A stretch of DNA of 64,000 nt from Octopus sinensis (GCF_006345805.1 NC_043009.1:13020001-13084000); one strand, 5' to 3'; shown: positions 1-13,680, counted from the first letter of the stretch. The notes: generated by a model from the sequence alone, not told the origin. A program made the numbers and translations.

Positions 1-107
1 CTTCTTGACGTACACACACACTCTCTCTCTAATGTATGTATGTATGCATTTATGTACGTATGTAGTGATATATATATATATATATATATAGTATATATAT
101 ATATATA

Positions 108-301
108 CATTCAAAATGTGACCGCGTGTGTACCGTTGGCGATTTCTTTTCCTCTGTCTTCCCTACTCTGGATCTTTCCTTCTCCTATGTTTCCGACGAA
201 GAGCTCCTTCTTCCTTTCCTTCCTGAGCGTCCAATAATACTATATTTGTCCACGTCCTCGCGTTGTTGTGTTTTCTCTTTGTGTTTTCATGTTTGGATTA
301 A

Positions 302-304
<3 letters not shown>
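108..304 (+). mobile_element. Short (TA)n-flanked dispersed element, family B; hammerhead half deleted in this copy
   Basis: Near-identical to 34512-34717 over about 200 bp; both flanked by (TA)n; this copy lacks about 17 bp (gctcgaaacgttaaacc) after gagctcc at 201-207. Confidence 0.75.

Positions 305-374
<70 letters not shown>
303..374. repeat. (TA)n microsatellite
   Basis: Direct inspection. Confidence 0.98.
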
Positions 375-375
<1 letters not shown>

Positions 376-902
376 CACGTACGTGATCTTTTTATTTTAA
401 ATTTCTCATATTTTCGCACAAGTCTTTACTGCGTGGTATGAAACAATAATGTTCTTACATTCATCAAAATGAGACTTCGAAGTTTCGTAATTTTATTTTC
501 AAAATAAACTGTTGCAATGGCCAAATTATCCCGAGCTTTCTGAGACAAGTCGCAAAGGACTTTGATAACATATCTATAACTGATAAAATGCCAGGATTTA
601 AAGCGCCAAATCGTAATACCATGATATATATTTTTAATATATTTCTGCTATATTTCTACTATAGTAAATGTGTGTTTAATTCATGACTGAAATTTGCTTT
701 TAGCAACCCTTCTGTGGGGACTGAAAAAATGTATAGTATTATTCTGCTTGTTGCTGCGGTCTTACCTGTTTTGTCCGCGTGGTAGTCCAATGGAATGTAG
801 AAAGGGGAGAAGGGGAAACAATGAGAGAAACGGAAATAGAGGAAGAAGTGGGGGACAATAATGAGAAAATGCGAGACAGAGAGAAGGTCTATTTAATTAT
901 AA

Positions 903-903
903 C

Positions 904-980
<77 letters not shown>

Positions 981-1044
981 CATAATAACAATAATAATAA
1001 TAATAATAATAATAATAGTAATAATAATTATAATAATAATAATA
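903..1044. repeat. (TAA)n microsatellite
   Basis: Direct inspection; source of the poly-Y/poly-I ORFs 889-1098 and 897-1088. Confidence 0.98.
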
Positions 1045-1569
1045 AATGCCCTGATGCAGTACCAATGCCCTGATGCAGCACCAGACACTGGCTCTCATGG
1101 CATCTGATCTTAAGTGATTGGAAGTGTTATCATGTACATTGTTTTGTCTTGGTATAAAAGATGGGCTACAGCAAATATTCTGTTCAATACTACAGATTTG
1201 CTTGTCTGTTGTTTGACCTTAACCAGTTGAGCATGTCCCTTAGTGGCTGACGATATGTGCATCTCTGATCATGGACAGAATTAGTGGGGGAGCATCATAG
1301 CCGTGTGTTGAAAGGAATTCTTGGAGGTTTGGATAATTCACCTTTGCAAGCCTGGGTGGTATGTTCAAAACCCTTAAGCAATCCTTATTCAAGGACCAGA
1401 AGAAAGTTCTAACTGGGCCCCGCCTGCAAGGACATGTGCTGTTTATCTTGATATGAGAGCACTATGTCGCGCACATATGGTTGTGATGCATGTGCCTGGT
1501 GTACTCTTATCAGATAGGCAGTCATGATGAGTATTCTGGGCTTGGCATGCACTGCTTCCTCTCTCACTC
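1045..1569 (+). mobile_element. Non-coding dispersed repeat flanked on both sides by (TAA)n
   Basis: 3' part matches 45691-45875, both ending ctctctcactc-aataataa; (TAA)n at 903-1044 and about 1570-1655; 19-bp tandem duplication at the 5' junction (1045-1063/1064-1082). Confidence 0.7.
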
Positions 1570-1585
1570 AATGATAATAATGAAG

Positions 1586-1658
<73 letters not shown>

Positions 1659-1672
1659 GAATATTAATATAT

Positions 1673-1714
<42 letters not shown>

Positions 1715-1765
1715 ATACATACACATATGCATATGTGTGTGTGTGTTTGTGTGTGCGTGAGCGCA

Positions 1766-2052
1766 GGTATGGTCCCTTGGGCAAGTGTCTTCTAGCCCCG
1801 ATTTGGTAGACAGAAACTGAGAAGAGCCCGTTGATATATACATCTACATGCGTGTCCTTGTATTTATGTTTGTCCTCCACTATTGCTTGACAGTCAGTGT
1901 TTTTTTGTTGACATCCATGTCACCTAGCAGTGCGGCAAGAGAAAGCGATAGCATAAGCAGCCGGTTTTAAAAAAAAGTGCTGCTGTTAACTTGTTCGACC
2001 TTCAATGCGATGCTCCAGCACGGCCTTAGCAGAATGACTGAAACAAAAAGTA
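1766..2052 (+). mobile_element. SINE-1, degenerate partial copy
   Basis: cttgggcaagtgtcttct, gatttggtagacagaaactga and gctccagcacggcc...gaatgactgaaacaa blocks shared with 12567-12977. Confidence 0.7.
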
Positions 2053-2094
2053 AAATAATATAAAGGTGATATACATACATACATATATACACAC

Positions 2095-3290
2095 GAAAAT
2101 ATACTATGCATGCGTATGTTACCCGGAAGCTTGAAGAATACAATAGGATTGACACGAAGCGCAGCCTCTGTTGGACACAAGACCACTACATCACATCACA
2201 CTATGAAGGCTATGCATTTGCAATCCAGGAACAGGAAATTACCACAAAGTACCTGTTCAACAAAGGAGACAGTGATGCTCTTGTAATCCCAAGGTGCAAT
2301 CGCATGTGTTGGCTATGTCATGTTTCTGTGGAAGATATCACGCATGTGATTAGCAGTTGTCCTAAAATGTCGTCACGATACTAACTCCCTGTGCGCCACG
2401 ATGTCGTTAAAATAACTTACAATATCATCCACAAAAAAGAGTGTCCTGAAATAAACTTAGAAAATCATTTTGTTATGGAATACATTCATAAACACCATCT
2501 CAAGGAATACTGGTGGAATATTCTCATCAAAACGTCTCTCAAATTTAAGCATAACAGGTCGGATGTCGTTGATTGGGACAGAGGGGCAAAGGTATGTACC
2601 GTCATAGAGGTCAGCTGTCCTGCAGATATAAATATCTCTTTGAAACTCAAACTCAAAGAAAAATAGGATATCTATGGGCAACTGCCTCGAAACCGCCAGC
2701 TTCTATATCCAGACTACGAATTCATATTCATACCAATAATAATTGGAGCCCTAGATCTTGATAGTAATGCTTAAAGGAGAATCTTGATAATCTAGGAATT
2801 TTAGGAAGAGAAATCCACTGGCGAATTCGTATATTACAAATGCAATCTGTTAGGAGAACAGCAAAAATATACAAGACTTTTCTGATGTTCCAAATGTTAT
2901 ATTTCTTTGTTAATTTCATCCCAAAGAAGAAGTCTTGTATCTTTGTTGGAAACCGGCTCCCTTTTCAGTGGAAGATATATAATGATTAAAAAATAGAAGA
3001 GACATACAAAGCTAATTCGAAGACTACATATCCAATCCATCAGTGGAACAGTAAAAATCTGTAAAACTCACCAGAAGTTTATCATTTAAATATATATGAG
3101 CATGTCAAGATATGCAACTATATGCATGAGAATACATACATAAAACAAAGCATACAAGCCTGCACATGTACATACAGACAAAAATACCCTGTTGTGGTTG
3201 AAATTTCAATGAAGTAGCTTTGATTCTAGGTTAGGAACCGGCTCCTTCTCTATTGGCAAGAACTCTTGAGATAAAACTGAACAAGGGCAT
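2095..3290 (+). mobile_element. Degenerate 5'-truncated R4/Dong-like non-LTR retrotransposon (CCHC knuckle + restriction-like endonuclease), with a second tandem 3' end
   Basis: CWLCHVSVEDITHVISSCPKM (CCHC), RHDVVK, HNRSDVVDWDRGAKVCTVIEVSCP (PD-(D/E)xK-like) in ORFs 2106-2384 and 2391-2666; the C-terminus recurs at about 2995-3090; 3' UTR shared with 7110-7215 and 27040-27160. Confidence 0.85.
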
Positions 3291-3659
3291 ACATACACAC
3301 ACACACACACACGCACACACACACATATGCATATAATATAAATAACTTGGGAAAACAAATTTTCAAATCAATCAGGTGTAACCCTACAGCGTTATATGCA
3401 TCTACGTATCATACTTTGGGGTCTAATTTATCGTATATTTACATATTTATCTTCAAATATACAAAGTATCTGATAAAAGTCAATATTCAATTTTGGGGGA
3501 TTAATCGATATGCGGGTATTCTATTTCAGATAATACAAAATTAACCTAATGAGTATATCTGACAATAAACTCATGGTATCAGTTTACACATCACGAAATA
3601 ATACTTAAAGGAAATTGGAAGATTACAATATATATACATATACACAACTGTATACCCAC

Positions 3660-3696
3660 ATATATATATATATACATATATACATATATGCATATA

Positions 3697-3740
<44 letters not shown>

Positions 3741-3754
3741 ATATATAATATATA

Positions 3755-3819
<65 letters not shown>
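3660..3819. repeat. (TA)n microsatellite
   Basis: Direct inspection. Confidence 0.97.
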
Positions 3820-3820
<1 letters not shown>

Positions 3821-3822
<2 letters not shown>

Positions 3823-4020
3823 GGGGAGAATTCACGTAAAAAACAAAAGATGAAGACAGGCGGTGTAAAAATCAAACAGACGTATTAGTATAACGCTCGG
3901 GAATTGAAAAAAGTCTTTAACGTTTCGAGCCTACGCTCTTCCACAAAAAGGAACACAGAAAGAAACAAGGAGAAAAACAAAGGGAGAAAAAATGTGTGTA
4001 GTGGCTAGCGATCCATCATG
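3821..4020 (-). mobile_element. PLE-terminus-like short element, family A (hammerhead-like motif 3915-3950)
   Basis: Homologous to 56752-56960 and 37490-37660; 3' end fused to (TA)n. Confidence 0.7.
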
Positions 4021-4116
4021 GCGAATACGACTACAACAAGTGTGTAATTGAGAATGTACATTACATTTGTAGACAATAATTTTATTTGAAGTAATAAAGT
4101 TGTATATTGCCCAGAC

Positions 4117-4171
<55 letters not shown>

Positions 4172-4859
4172 TGTAGTGCAGTGGTCAGTAGAAAAGTGAA
4201 ATATTCAGCTGTTCATTTATTTATTTGTTGAAAAGAATTTATGAAATGGATATTTAGATTCCATATGTGACCGGCTTCCTTAGTTTGTATTTTGACTAAC
4301 CAATGTTATAACGTAAGACATCAGGCGATTCTCAACTAACAATAGAATAAGTTCTTCCTTCTAGCAGTAGTGACATTCCCAGTTAACCATTTGACATTAA
4401 GGTTCTGTGGACATCATCATGTTTCCCAGTGCAGCCGTCATTTCTTGCAATCTGTATAGAAGTCACGAAGCACAAATAATGGCTAGCAGTATCGAAAAGA
4501 TTTAGCTTAGTTATGATTCTACAATAAAATGACTGGCAGCAAATGAAGATGCTACCTGCATCTTAATTTCTATGTTTACTAATATTGTTGCTGTAGTTGC
4601 GGTGGCCAGGCTGTTTGTTTGTTGCATACTGGCATATATAGACCTGAATGCTGTTCAACAAACTTATGTATACACTCATTTATAGATCACTACAGTCCAT
4701 AAGCAATTCTAACGTATGTACATCCATGCTTCAACACACACACACACACACACACACATACAGACAAGCACACCCAACTCGCTATATGTGTGTGTGCGCA
4801 TATGTGTGAATGGGTGACTTTGTATGTATACACACACACATGTATATATAATTACATAT

Positions 4860-5069
4860 ATATATACATACACACATATTTATATTTATATACACTCACA
4901 CACACATATATATAAATACATACATATATATATATACACACACATATTTATATTTATATACACTCACACACACACATATATATAAATACACACACACACA
5001 CATATATATATAGATATATATACACACACATATTTATATTTATATACACTCACACACACATATATATAA

Positions 5070-5110
<41 letters not shown>

Positions 5111-5230
5111 TATTTATATCTATATATACTCGTACACACATATATATAAATACACACGCATATATATATATATATATATACACACACATATGTATATTTA
5201 TATACACTCACACACACACACATTCATATA
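4860..5230. repeat. Higher-order tandem repeat built of TA/CA microsatellite blocks (about 5 units)
   Basis: Unit core cacacatatttatatttatatacactcacacacacatatatataaatac recurs at about 4871, 4939, 5026, 5105 and 5185. Confidence 0.8.
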
Positions 5231-5592
5231 TACAACATATGGAAAAGGCCATGTGAGAGACTTGTCTAAATATTTGTCATTACACTTATATTCACGTTCT
5301 GGTTCATACACATACTTAGGCATGCATACACATATACACATTGATGTATACAACACACACATACACACATATTTACAGAGTTGCACACACGAAATCATAA
5401 TTTACTGAAGCAAAAATAACAAAGCCACTGCCAGGACTCGAAACACGTATTGATTTCTGGGCAAGGGGCTGTGCTACTTATAAAAGAAAAAGTGAATTTG
5501 CATATGTTTTGTTTCAGATTAATGAGATGATAATACTTCGGGTTATAAACTCCGACTACTCAAGTAAATTAGTTTTTAATGTTTGCATCTGC

Positions 5593-5795
5593 ATTTAAGT
5601 CGGCGGGCTGGCTGCGTCGTTAGGACGCCGGGCAAAATGCATGACGGCATTTCGTCCGTCGTAAGTTCTTTTCAAATTTCCCCCCGACGTCAACTTTACC
5701 TTTCTTCCTTTCGGGGTCAATAAAATAAGTACCATCTGAGTACTATAATCGACTTAAACTTTTTTTATTAGCCTTGTGCCAAACATTGAAATCAA
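5593..5795 (+). mobile_element. SINE-3 family (ggcgggctggc...gttc...aaattc...cctttcggggtc)
   Basis: Related copies at about 10380-10560, 10583-10795, 22690-22870, 39175-39400, 47778-47900 and 49975-50220; B-box-like gttcaaattc at 10432. Confidence 0.65.
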
Positions 5796-7109
5796 TATTT
5801 CATCTGCAATTACATTTTTCTTTCATATTAGATTTTACATTATATTTTGATCAACTCCTGCAGAAATATCACGTGTGATGTTATTGCAAGAGTTGATGGT
5901 ACTAAATTATTTGTTAAATAATGGTAGTAACCTTTTTATCCACTTTTCCAATGTCTCATGTAAGTGAATAAATGTTCATTTCCTTTTTCAGTGAACTCGT
6001 AAATCCCCAGATAGATAATTCCACCTTTGCCAATAATTCCTCCAACACTAAGCACAAACAAGTCGAATCACTGTTGCAAATATCCAATGGAGATAAGTGC
6101 TACGTCTTCATTCGATGTGTCTGAAAGAAACTCAGGCTCAGTGTGGTGCCATGGATAATGTCTTGTGCGACATATGCATATTTTAAGTCATGTCATTATG
6201 GTTAATTCTGATTTCGGTATTAAATTAGTTTCTAAGCAAGTACAGTGAAATCTTAACGCTGGCCAGGTCACAGAAGTGCGAACAAGCATTATCGTAAATG
6301 TATAATATAATGCAAGAAATAAGTTCAAATTGAATAAAGTTTTGCTTGTTTTTAAATAGCTAAAATGAAGGTACCGAGATATAAATGTCTCAATTTATCG
6401 AATCCCTAGCCAGCGATCAAGAACTACGGAGAGCAAGAACACAGAGAATATAAGTAGCAAAATGTAGAGCAGATAGGAGGGAAAAGTTTTTGATGAATGT
6501 ATTATTTTAATGATTAAATGGAAGGGAAAGTATCTCAATATTTCGGGCGCTAGTCCATCAGAAGAAAGACAGAATGAGAATGGGAGGCTGAAACAAAGAA
6601 AGAAGAAAGAAGAAAAAAGGATGGTGTGCAAATCTATGGGTTGAATTAGAAAGGGATGTAGTATAAGAGTATGTGTATGTATGATATGGTAGAAAATAAC
6701 TGCATTCATTTCAAGAGCTACTGACAATGTAATGCGCCACCAAAGCATCTAGATATCTCCAAGGGATACATTGAGGGGAACAGTCAATGATTTGGCGTTT
6801 GTTTAATTTCCATATATATATACTCTCAGTGAATAAATATCTCGCCTCGAAGAACCAGAATTATACTGTAGCAATCAGTGTTCTAATTATAATCTTTTTC
6901 AATGTACTTCCGCACCTAACTTATGTTCCTGTGGGCAAGCAGCCTAGTTGTTTTTACAAGATCTTTCGAAGAGTTATTATTTCTCAATGATATACATACA
7001 TACACTCACACATATATACATGAATACATACGTAGTACATACATGCATACAAACATACATACACACACACATATATACATACATACATACATACATACGT
7101 ACATACGTA

Positions 7110-7215
7110 CATATCCAGTTACTGTTGTTGAAATTCCAATGAAGGAGCCTTGGATCTTGGTTAGAATCCGGTTCTTTCTCTATTGGCAAAAAATCTAGAG
7201 ATGAACAGAATAATG
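7110..7215 (+). mobile_element. Isolated 3' UTR of the ACAT-associated R4/Dong-like family
   Basis: gttgttgaaattccaatgaaggagccttggatc...ttctctattggcaa matches 3190-3280 and the reverse complement of 27040-27130. Confidence 0.7.
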
Positions 7216-7277
7216 ACATACATACACACAAGACTCTCACGTACACACACAGATACGCACGCACTTACACACACGCA

Positions 7278-7313
<36 letters not shown>

Positions 7314-7652
7314 GCGAGTGGCTCTATACTCTATCCGTTCCGAATTAATTCATACACTAACGGCTCGTGATTTGAACAACTACTATGTCTTTGCTGGTGA
7401 AAGAAGTAAAGGTTCTTCTTTCAAATGCAGCAAAAGCACGAGGCAAATGGTAATAAATATTATCTCTATGCGTTATATCATAGTATATAATTTGTGGCCC
7501 TGTACCACAAGATAACATAAAGAAACAATACGTACGTTTGTTGTGTACGTTGATGGATTATTTCACCGTCTGGTGTATGTGGTTCCATCAGGCAAATCGG
7601 TGGCTCCTATCCGTAGACCTACTAAGACTCTTCATGAAACCTTTTAACTGAA

Positions 7653-7838
<186 letters not shown>

Positions 7839-8536
7839 AAATATATATTTAAATTAAATGATAATTGACAATTTTCTTAATTGCTTCCACGTTAGAAGAT
7901 TCCCGTTCCTTGTCTCTTCTCTCTACATACCTGATGATAAGAAGATACCCCTTTTATTTTATATTTTTACTTGCTTTTGTTTCACTTTGGGTTTATTTGA
8001 TTTTGTTTTGGGTTTTGGCCTTCATATCGCAGCTGCACCAATGGAACCTTGTCCGGTAACTCTGGATTACATTGACCTTAGCTTTACTATTACTTTCCCT
8101 ATCACAGTTTATTTAAAATATACTTACTCATTACTAGTTTTAATTATTTTTGTTAACTGCTTGATGCTTACATGAATTCCTAGTAATTAATTATATAGTT
8201 ACTGCTGCTTCAGGTTTAAAATAATTAGCAATACCATAAATGCCTTTTGGTTTGTATATATTCACAAACACTTACCCCTCACATAGTTTCCAAAAATTAT
8301 CACAGTAAACGCCGAAAGCATGCCACAGACCATAAGGAAGTTTTGGGTATCACATTTCTTTGCTGGATGTCAATCCTATTCACTCGTGGTAAGAGAGAAC
8401 AAAAGCCTAAGGTTGATGGCTAGGAACAGGGGACCTGGCTCTGCACAAATGCTACTCTAACCACTTTACATCCTCCTTCTTTTCATTTCTTTTCTTTTGT
8501 CAGTTGATTTGTTTTGGCTGTGATGAAGAGGTATCC

Positions 8537-8745
8537 TTTACTTGCTACAGTAATTTGACTGTGGCCATGCTGGAGCACCGCCTTTAGACGATCAAATCGA
8601 TCCCAGGACTTATTCTTTGTAAGCCTAGTACTTATTCTTTCGGTCTGTTTTACTGAACCGCTAAGTTACGGGGACGTAAACACACCAGCATCGGTTGTCA
8701 AGCGATGCTGGGGGGACAAACACAGACACACAAACACACACACAC
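8537..8745 (-). mobile_element. SINE-1, 3' half
   Basis: Reverse complement of the tail of 12567-12977. Confidence 0.8.
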
Positions 8746-9707
8746 TCACACATATATATATACATAGATTGCAAGATACGCAAGGTACCATGTAGTGGGA
8801 GTGAATGCAATCCACGTGACTGAGAACTAAGCTTCTTTCCTCAAAACCAGCGTGCATATAATCTTATATTGTATTATTACCTGTATACAGATTCTTGTCA
8901 TAAAATAATGTATAATAACGCATTTATATCTAATTGTACATGTCCTACACGTATATTTTTACCCACATATACTCATTAAAAATGCAATACGTAGGTCGAA
9001 AATGCTCCGCAGTAGGGGCAAGTCTAGAAATACTGTGTGTGATTAGTAATTTCTTAGTTATAATTCAAACATATTCTTTATCACATAATTATATTTCTTA
9101 AAAGGAAAAATTTGGTATTAATAATTTCCGCTTGACGTGCGAAAATTGCGTTCCAGTGATTCTAAAGAAGACTCGATTGGCATGATCAAACAAGAAAATG
9201 TGTTTATACGGTGACATTAGTAATTGCATCATTTGCAGTTTGAAAATAACAGCGAGTAGGTGGTTCATATGTAGAAGGGAGAGTGTGAGAGAAAAGAACG
9301 AAATATTGTGGCTCACCAATTTGGGGTCACTTATACAGTTTTAGCACAAGCGTTTAATATAATTGGTGGCTTCCGATCCAAGAGACAGCGAATGGATGGA
9401 ACCGACGGGCGAGCAGTTTTGACAGAAAATTTGCGTGCCGGACACATTGGAATAATTTGGTGGTGTCAATTGGAATAACACTTGAGGACTAGTGTCCAGA
9501 GATAGAGATAGAATAGAAGTAGGTCTGTGTTTAATACTCCCTTACAGAAGCCGTACTGGTAGTCTTTAAAATAAGAAAGTGATTCAAGATAAACTTTTGT
9601 TGTGCAGTTGAGAGTATTTGGTATATCAAATTGTGTTAGAATAAAAGAGTATTTATACAGAATGCTCTTTCAAAGAAAGGTTTTGCCTAAAGTTATACTA
9701 AACTGAA

Positions 9708-10089
9708 CTAGAGCACTGAGGGAGCACAAACCTCCGCTAAGGCAATACCAACGTCCTCTCAACGATTAGCCAGAGATAATTTTCAAAATGAGAATATCTG
9801 AAATAAACTTGACTGCTCTCACAAAAGAGAGTACCTAAAATGAACCCAACCGCTCTCAAAAGTTAAGTGAAAAAAAAAAACAACAGGAAAAATAATTCAG
9901 AATCCCTGTAGCGTACCAGATTGCTCCCAAGATCTAATCACATCGTGCCAGGCACGAGAACAAATATTCCTGAGAGTTTCATCTGAATCCATCCAGCGCT
10001 TCTTGAGATATCTTGTCCACGGACAAACAAACGAACAAACAAACACACCTGAAACAATAACTCCACCATTCGCTAAGGAGGATGTAATA
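9708..10089 (-). mobile_element. Non-autonomous Helitron2/Helentron-like (DINE/HINE-type) element
   Basis: Minus strand starts ttattacatcctccttagcg and ends gccttagcggaggtttgtgctccctcagtgctCTAG-tt; subterminal inverted match and internal (gttt)n are typical of this class. Confidence 0.65.
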
Positions 10090-10379
10090 ACCACTGAAGA
10101 GTGACAGTAGAATTGAGGTCTCACGTTTCTATGAAGCAATATATATTTGGGTAGTAGAACATTTGTGAAATACTACAGCATTAGAAATTGTCTCTTATTT
10201 GAAGACAAATAAAAAAATCACAGACAGTAAAGTTTTTTCTTGCTATTATGACAGAAAAATTATCTAAAGAAATTGAACAGCACAAAAAAAAAATAGAATT
10301 CCAAATTTACTTTAGTTATTAACTGGTATCATATTTTGGCACAAAACCAGCAATTTTGGAACTGAGAGTAACTTGATTA

Positions 10380-10795
10380 AGCAGGCCGGGCAAGATGCTT
10401 AGCGGCATTTCGTCTGTCTTTAGGATGTGAGTTCAAATTCAGCCGAGATTGACATTGCCTTTTATCCTTTTAGTGTAGAAAATATAAGTACCAGTTGAGT
10501 ACTTGTGGGGAAGGGTCGATGTAATTCCATTATATCTTCCTTGTGCCAACATTTGAAAACAATATCAATAAATGGCAAATAAGGCAGTGAGATGGTAGAG
10601 ACGTTAGAACACCGGTTAATACGCTTAAGAACATTTCATCCGTCTTTCGGGACTGAGGTCAAATACCTCCGATACCGACTTCGCCTTTAACCTTTTCAGG
10701 GCCGACAAAATAATTACCAGTTGAGCACCGGGCTCCATATAATCGACTTACTCCCTTTTCCCTCAAACTGCAGGCCTTGTGCAAAAATTTATAAT
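10380..10795 (+). mobile_element. Two tandem SINE-3 copies
   Basis: Two consecutive degenerate copies of the 5593-5795 family. Confidence 0.6.
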
Positions 10796-10891
10796 CAGTA
10801 GTTACTGATAAAGCATAATTAATCTAAAAGTGGCATGTGTGGTTTCCAAACAAGATATGAAAGAAAATAACACGCATACACACACATACAC

Positions 10892-10943
<52 letters not shown>

Positions 10944-11529
10944 GCGCGCAGACACAAACACAGTCAGTCTCTGTTTGTCTGCCTGTGTGTCTCTCTCTCA
11001 AGAACATATGTATATATATATATATATTATATATATATATATATATATTATAATATTATATACATAATTATAACAAGGATTGACTATAAGTCTTTTCCAC
11101 GAGCTAGAAAATAGGCGCCACAAAGACGCTAGTACCTCCTTAAAAACTCTGCAAAATAAAACACAGGCTATAGTCGAGCGAAAGAAAGATAATAATGACT
11201 TCAACATTTGGTTAAACGCGTACAGGATCCCGTTTCAAGCTTAAGGGAAAAGAAAATTATACCTACTGCTTTTTACCTTAAGCTTGAAGCGGGATCTTGT
11301 ACACGTTTACACAAACGTTTAAGTCATTATCTTTCTTTTGCTCGACTAGAACCCGTGTTTTTGTTTTTAGGGGTTTTTAAGTGTGATATTAGCGTTTAGC
11401 ACGTAGAGTCTTATAGCCAATACTTGTTATTATTATTATGTATATAATTATTATATTTGTTAAATTTACCTATAAGGTTTTTATTTCTGCACTGTCTCTT
11501 GGTAAAATCATTAATGATATTTACCCTTT

Positions 11530-11631
<102 letters not shown>

Positions 11632-11634
11632 GTA

Positions 11635-11890
11635 CAGGAGGCGATGGGCAAGTTGTCGCCATTTTATACTGTTAATTCCGCGCATGCACTTGTTTGTTTT
11701 GGATTTTATCGACTACACAGTATAGCAAGGTCAGTTGGGCACTGCCTGTGAGGAAAACAGCACCATGACGCAAGTCACTCTGCCAGAAATATGGAAACGA
11801 TATGCTGTACTGCTTGGTATTCGCGACGGAAGCTCCAATACGAACGTTTCAGAGTGTCTGTGTGTCAACCTGAGGACAGTGCAACCTGAT
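11635..11890 (+). mobile_element. Tc1/mariner 5' end with N-terminal HTH fragment
   Basis: TA followed by TIR-like caggaggcgatgggcaagttgtcgcc; translation MTQVTLPEIWKRYAVLLGIRDGSSNTNVSECLCVNLRTVQ resembles a transposase HTH; no 3' TIR found. Confidence 0.45.
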
Positions 11891-11996
11891 AACATATACC
11901 GAGAGTGATAAAAATCAAACATCCAAACGTTCGTATACGTTCGTGTAATTTGTTTTTGTTTTGTTCATTCTTATTTTGTTCATGTGTTTACATCCA

Positions 11997-12052
<56 letters not shown>

Positions 12053-12566
12053 GTATGCTTGTATGTATGTATTTATAACAACAATTCTAGTAATAATAAT
12101 AATAATAATAATAATATAATAATAATAATAATAAAAAGAATTTTAAAAATTAAAAAATTAAAAAAATTACACTAACGTATATAAACAGAAAATACAAATA
12201 TTACAGACACCCCCCCCACACACTCTGACTAAATATAGACGCACATAGAGATATACACATGCGCAAATGAAGACAGATAATAGAAATACAAAATGGTTGA
12301 CGGTTAGTAAGGAGAGACACACAAATAAGAAAGAAGAAAGCAAAGGACCACTGATGCGGTCACAGGAGTGAGACGAATGAACGCTGGCCGAAATAAGATT
12401 AAGTTTAATGTAAAAAATAAATAACGCTGAAGCAAAGTAACACCAAATATATAGTGCGTGTGATTTTATTGGCTAAACTGGCAAAATGACCATTCCGAAA
12501 TACAACAATAGCTGTTTCAACACACGATTTTACATAAAAAATCCTGCACAACAAATATATAAACGT

Positions 12567-12977
12567 AGGAGTGGCTGTGTCGTAAGTAGCTTGCTTACCA
12601 ACCACATGGTTTCGGGTTCAGTCCCACTGTGTGGCATCTTGGGCAAGTGTCTTCTGCTATAGCCCCGGGCCGACCAATGCCTTGTGAGTGGATTTGGTAG
12701 ACAGAAACTGAAAGAAGCTTGTCGTATATATGTATATATGTATATATATGTGTGTGTGTATATGTTTGTGTGTCTGTGTTTGTCCCCCTAGCATTGCTTA
12801 ACAACCGATGCTGGTGTGTTTACGTCCCCGTCACTTGGCGGTTCGGCAAAAGAGACCGATAAAATAAGTACTGGGCTTACAAAGAATAAGTCCCGGGGTA
12901 GATTTGCTCGACTAAAGGCGTTGCTCCAGCATGGCCGCAGTCGGATGACTGAAACAAGTAAAAGAGTAAAAAAAGAG
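12567..12977 (+). mobile_element. SINE-1, full length (tRNA-derived head, central TA/TG microsatellite, conserved tail)
   Basis: A-box/B-box-like head (gtggctgtgtcgtaag...gggttcagtccc); about 10 copies in the window. Confidence 0.9.
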
Positions 12978-13611
12978 TATATACCTATACATGTGCGCGT
13001 GTGTGTAGGAATTCGTTTAGACATTGATGCAAAGCTGAAGTTAAGGAATATTTTACGAAATTATGAGCATAATTTGTAAGTCAACTTCGGCGCACATGTC
13101 ATTGCGCTCTCCGGAAGGCCCATGCGAATGTATTAATTAATAATTCATTACCAGTTACGATGAGAAATTTATGATGCAATGTTCCATTGATTTGGCAAGG
13201 GTTTAGACCTCTCAGAACATCATTAGTGAAAGAAGCGTGTTCTCGGATGGATTTAGTAAGTTATGACTATTTAAATTATACACAATACAGATCTGGTTAC
13301 GCGTGTATGTTTACATAGCAAAATAGTGCATGTGACAATGATAGGATGGTTAAATAATCAACAAAACACCATGCTGCATTGTTGGATAATTTTCAAATTT
13401 AATGAAGTGGGTGAATTTCTTTGTGAATCGACATATGTAGATACGATGTGAAAAATAAAATTTATAATAATGGAGATTTTCGTCTGTCACTAGAACAAAG
13501 TCGGGTTCAGTTTTGTAGTTTCTTAGTTTCTTCCTAACACATAGGCAAACAATACATCCATACATGCATACTTTTGTACATAGACTCACACACATGCATC
13601 ACTCTATCTCT

Positions 13612-13616
<5 letters not shown>

Positions 13617-13678
<62 letters not shown>
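13617..13678. repeat. (TA)n microsatellite
   Basis: Direct inspection. Confidence 0.98.

Positions 13679-13680
<2 letters not shown>

Noticed and set aside
465-535. Minus-strand GAA-ACUUCGAAGU-C with a possible helix II; similar partial motif at about 38505-38535
   Set aside because: Palindromic helix III or helix II only; core and helix I do not match, so too decayed to call.
5990-6180. Minus-strand VGGIIGKGG resembling a KH-domain motif; plus-strand acceptor-like tttcctttttcag
   Set aside because: The motif arises from a short ataattcc duplication, downstream residues do not fit KH, there is an in-frame stop just upstream, and no convincing splice pair exists.
7858-8175. 105-aa ORF and a CAG|GTATGT donor-like site on the minus strand near 7930
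   Set aside because: Low-complexity T-rich composition; no open frame reaches the donor.
12567-12640. tRNA-like heads at SINE copies
   Set aside because: A/B boxes are present but they run into SINE bodies and lack a complete cloverleaf; not tRNA genes.
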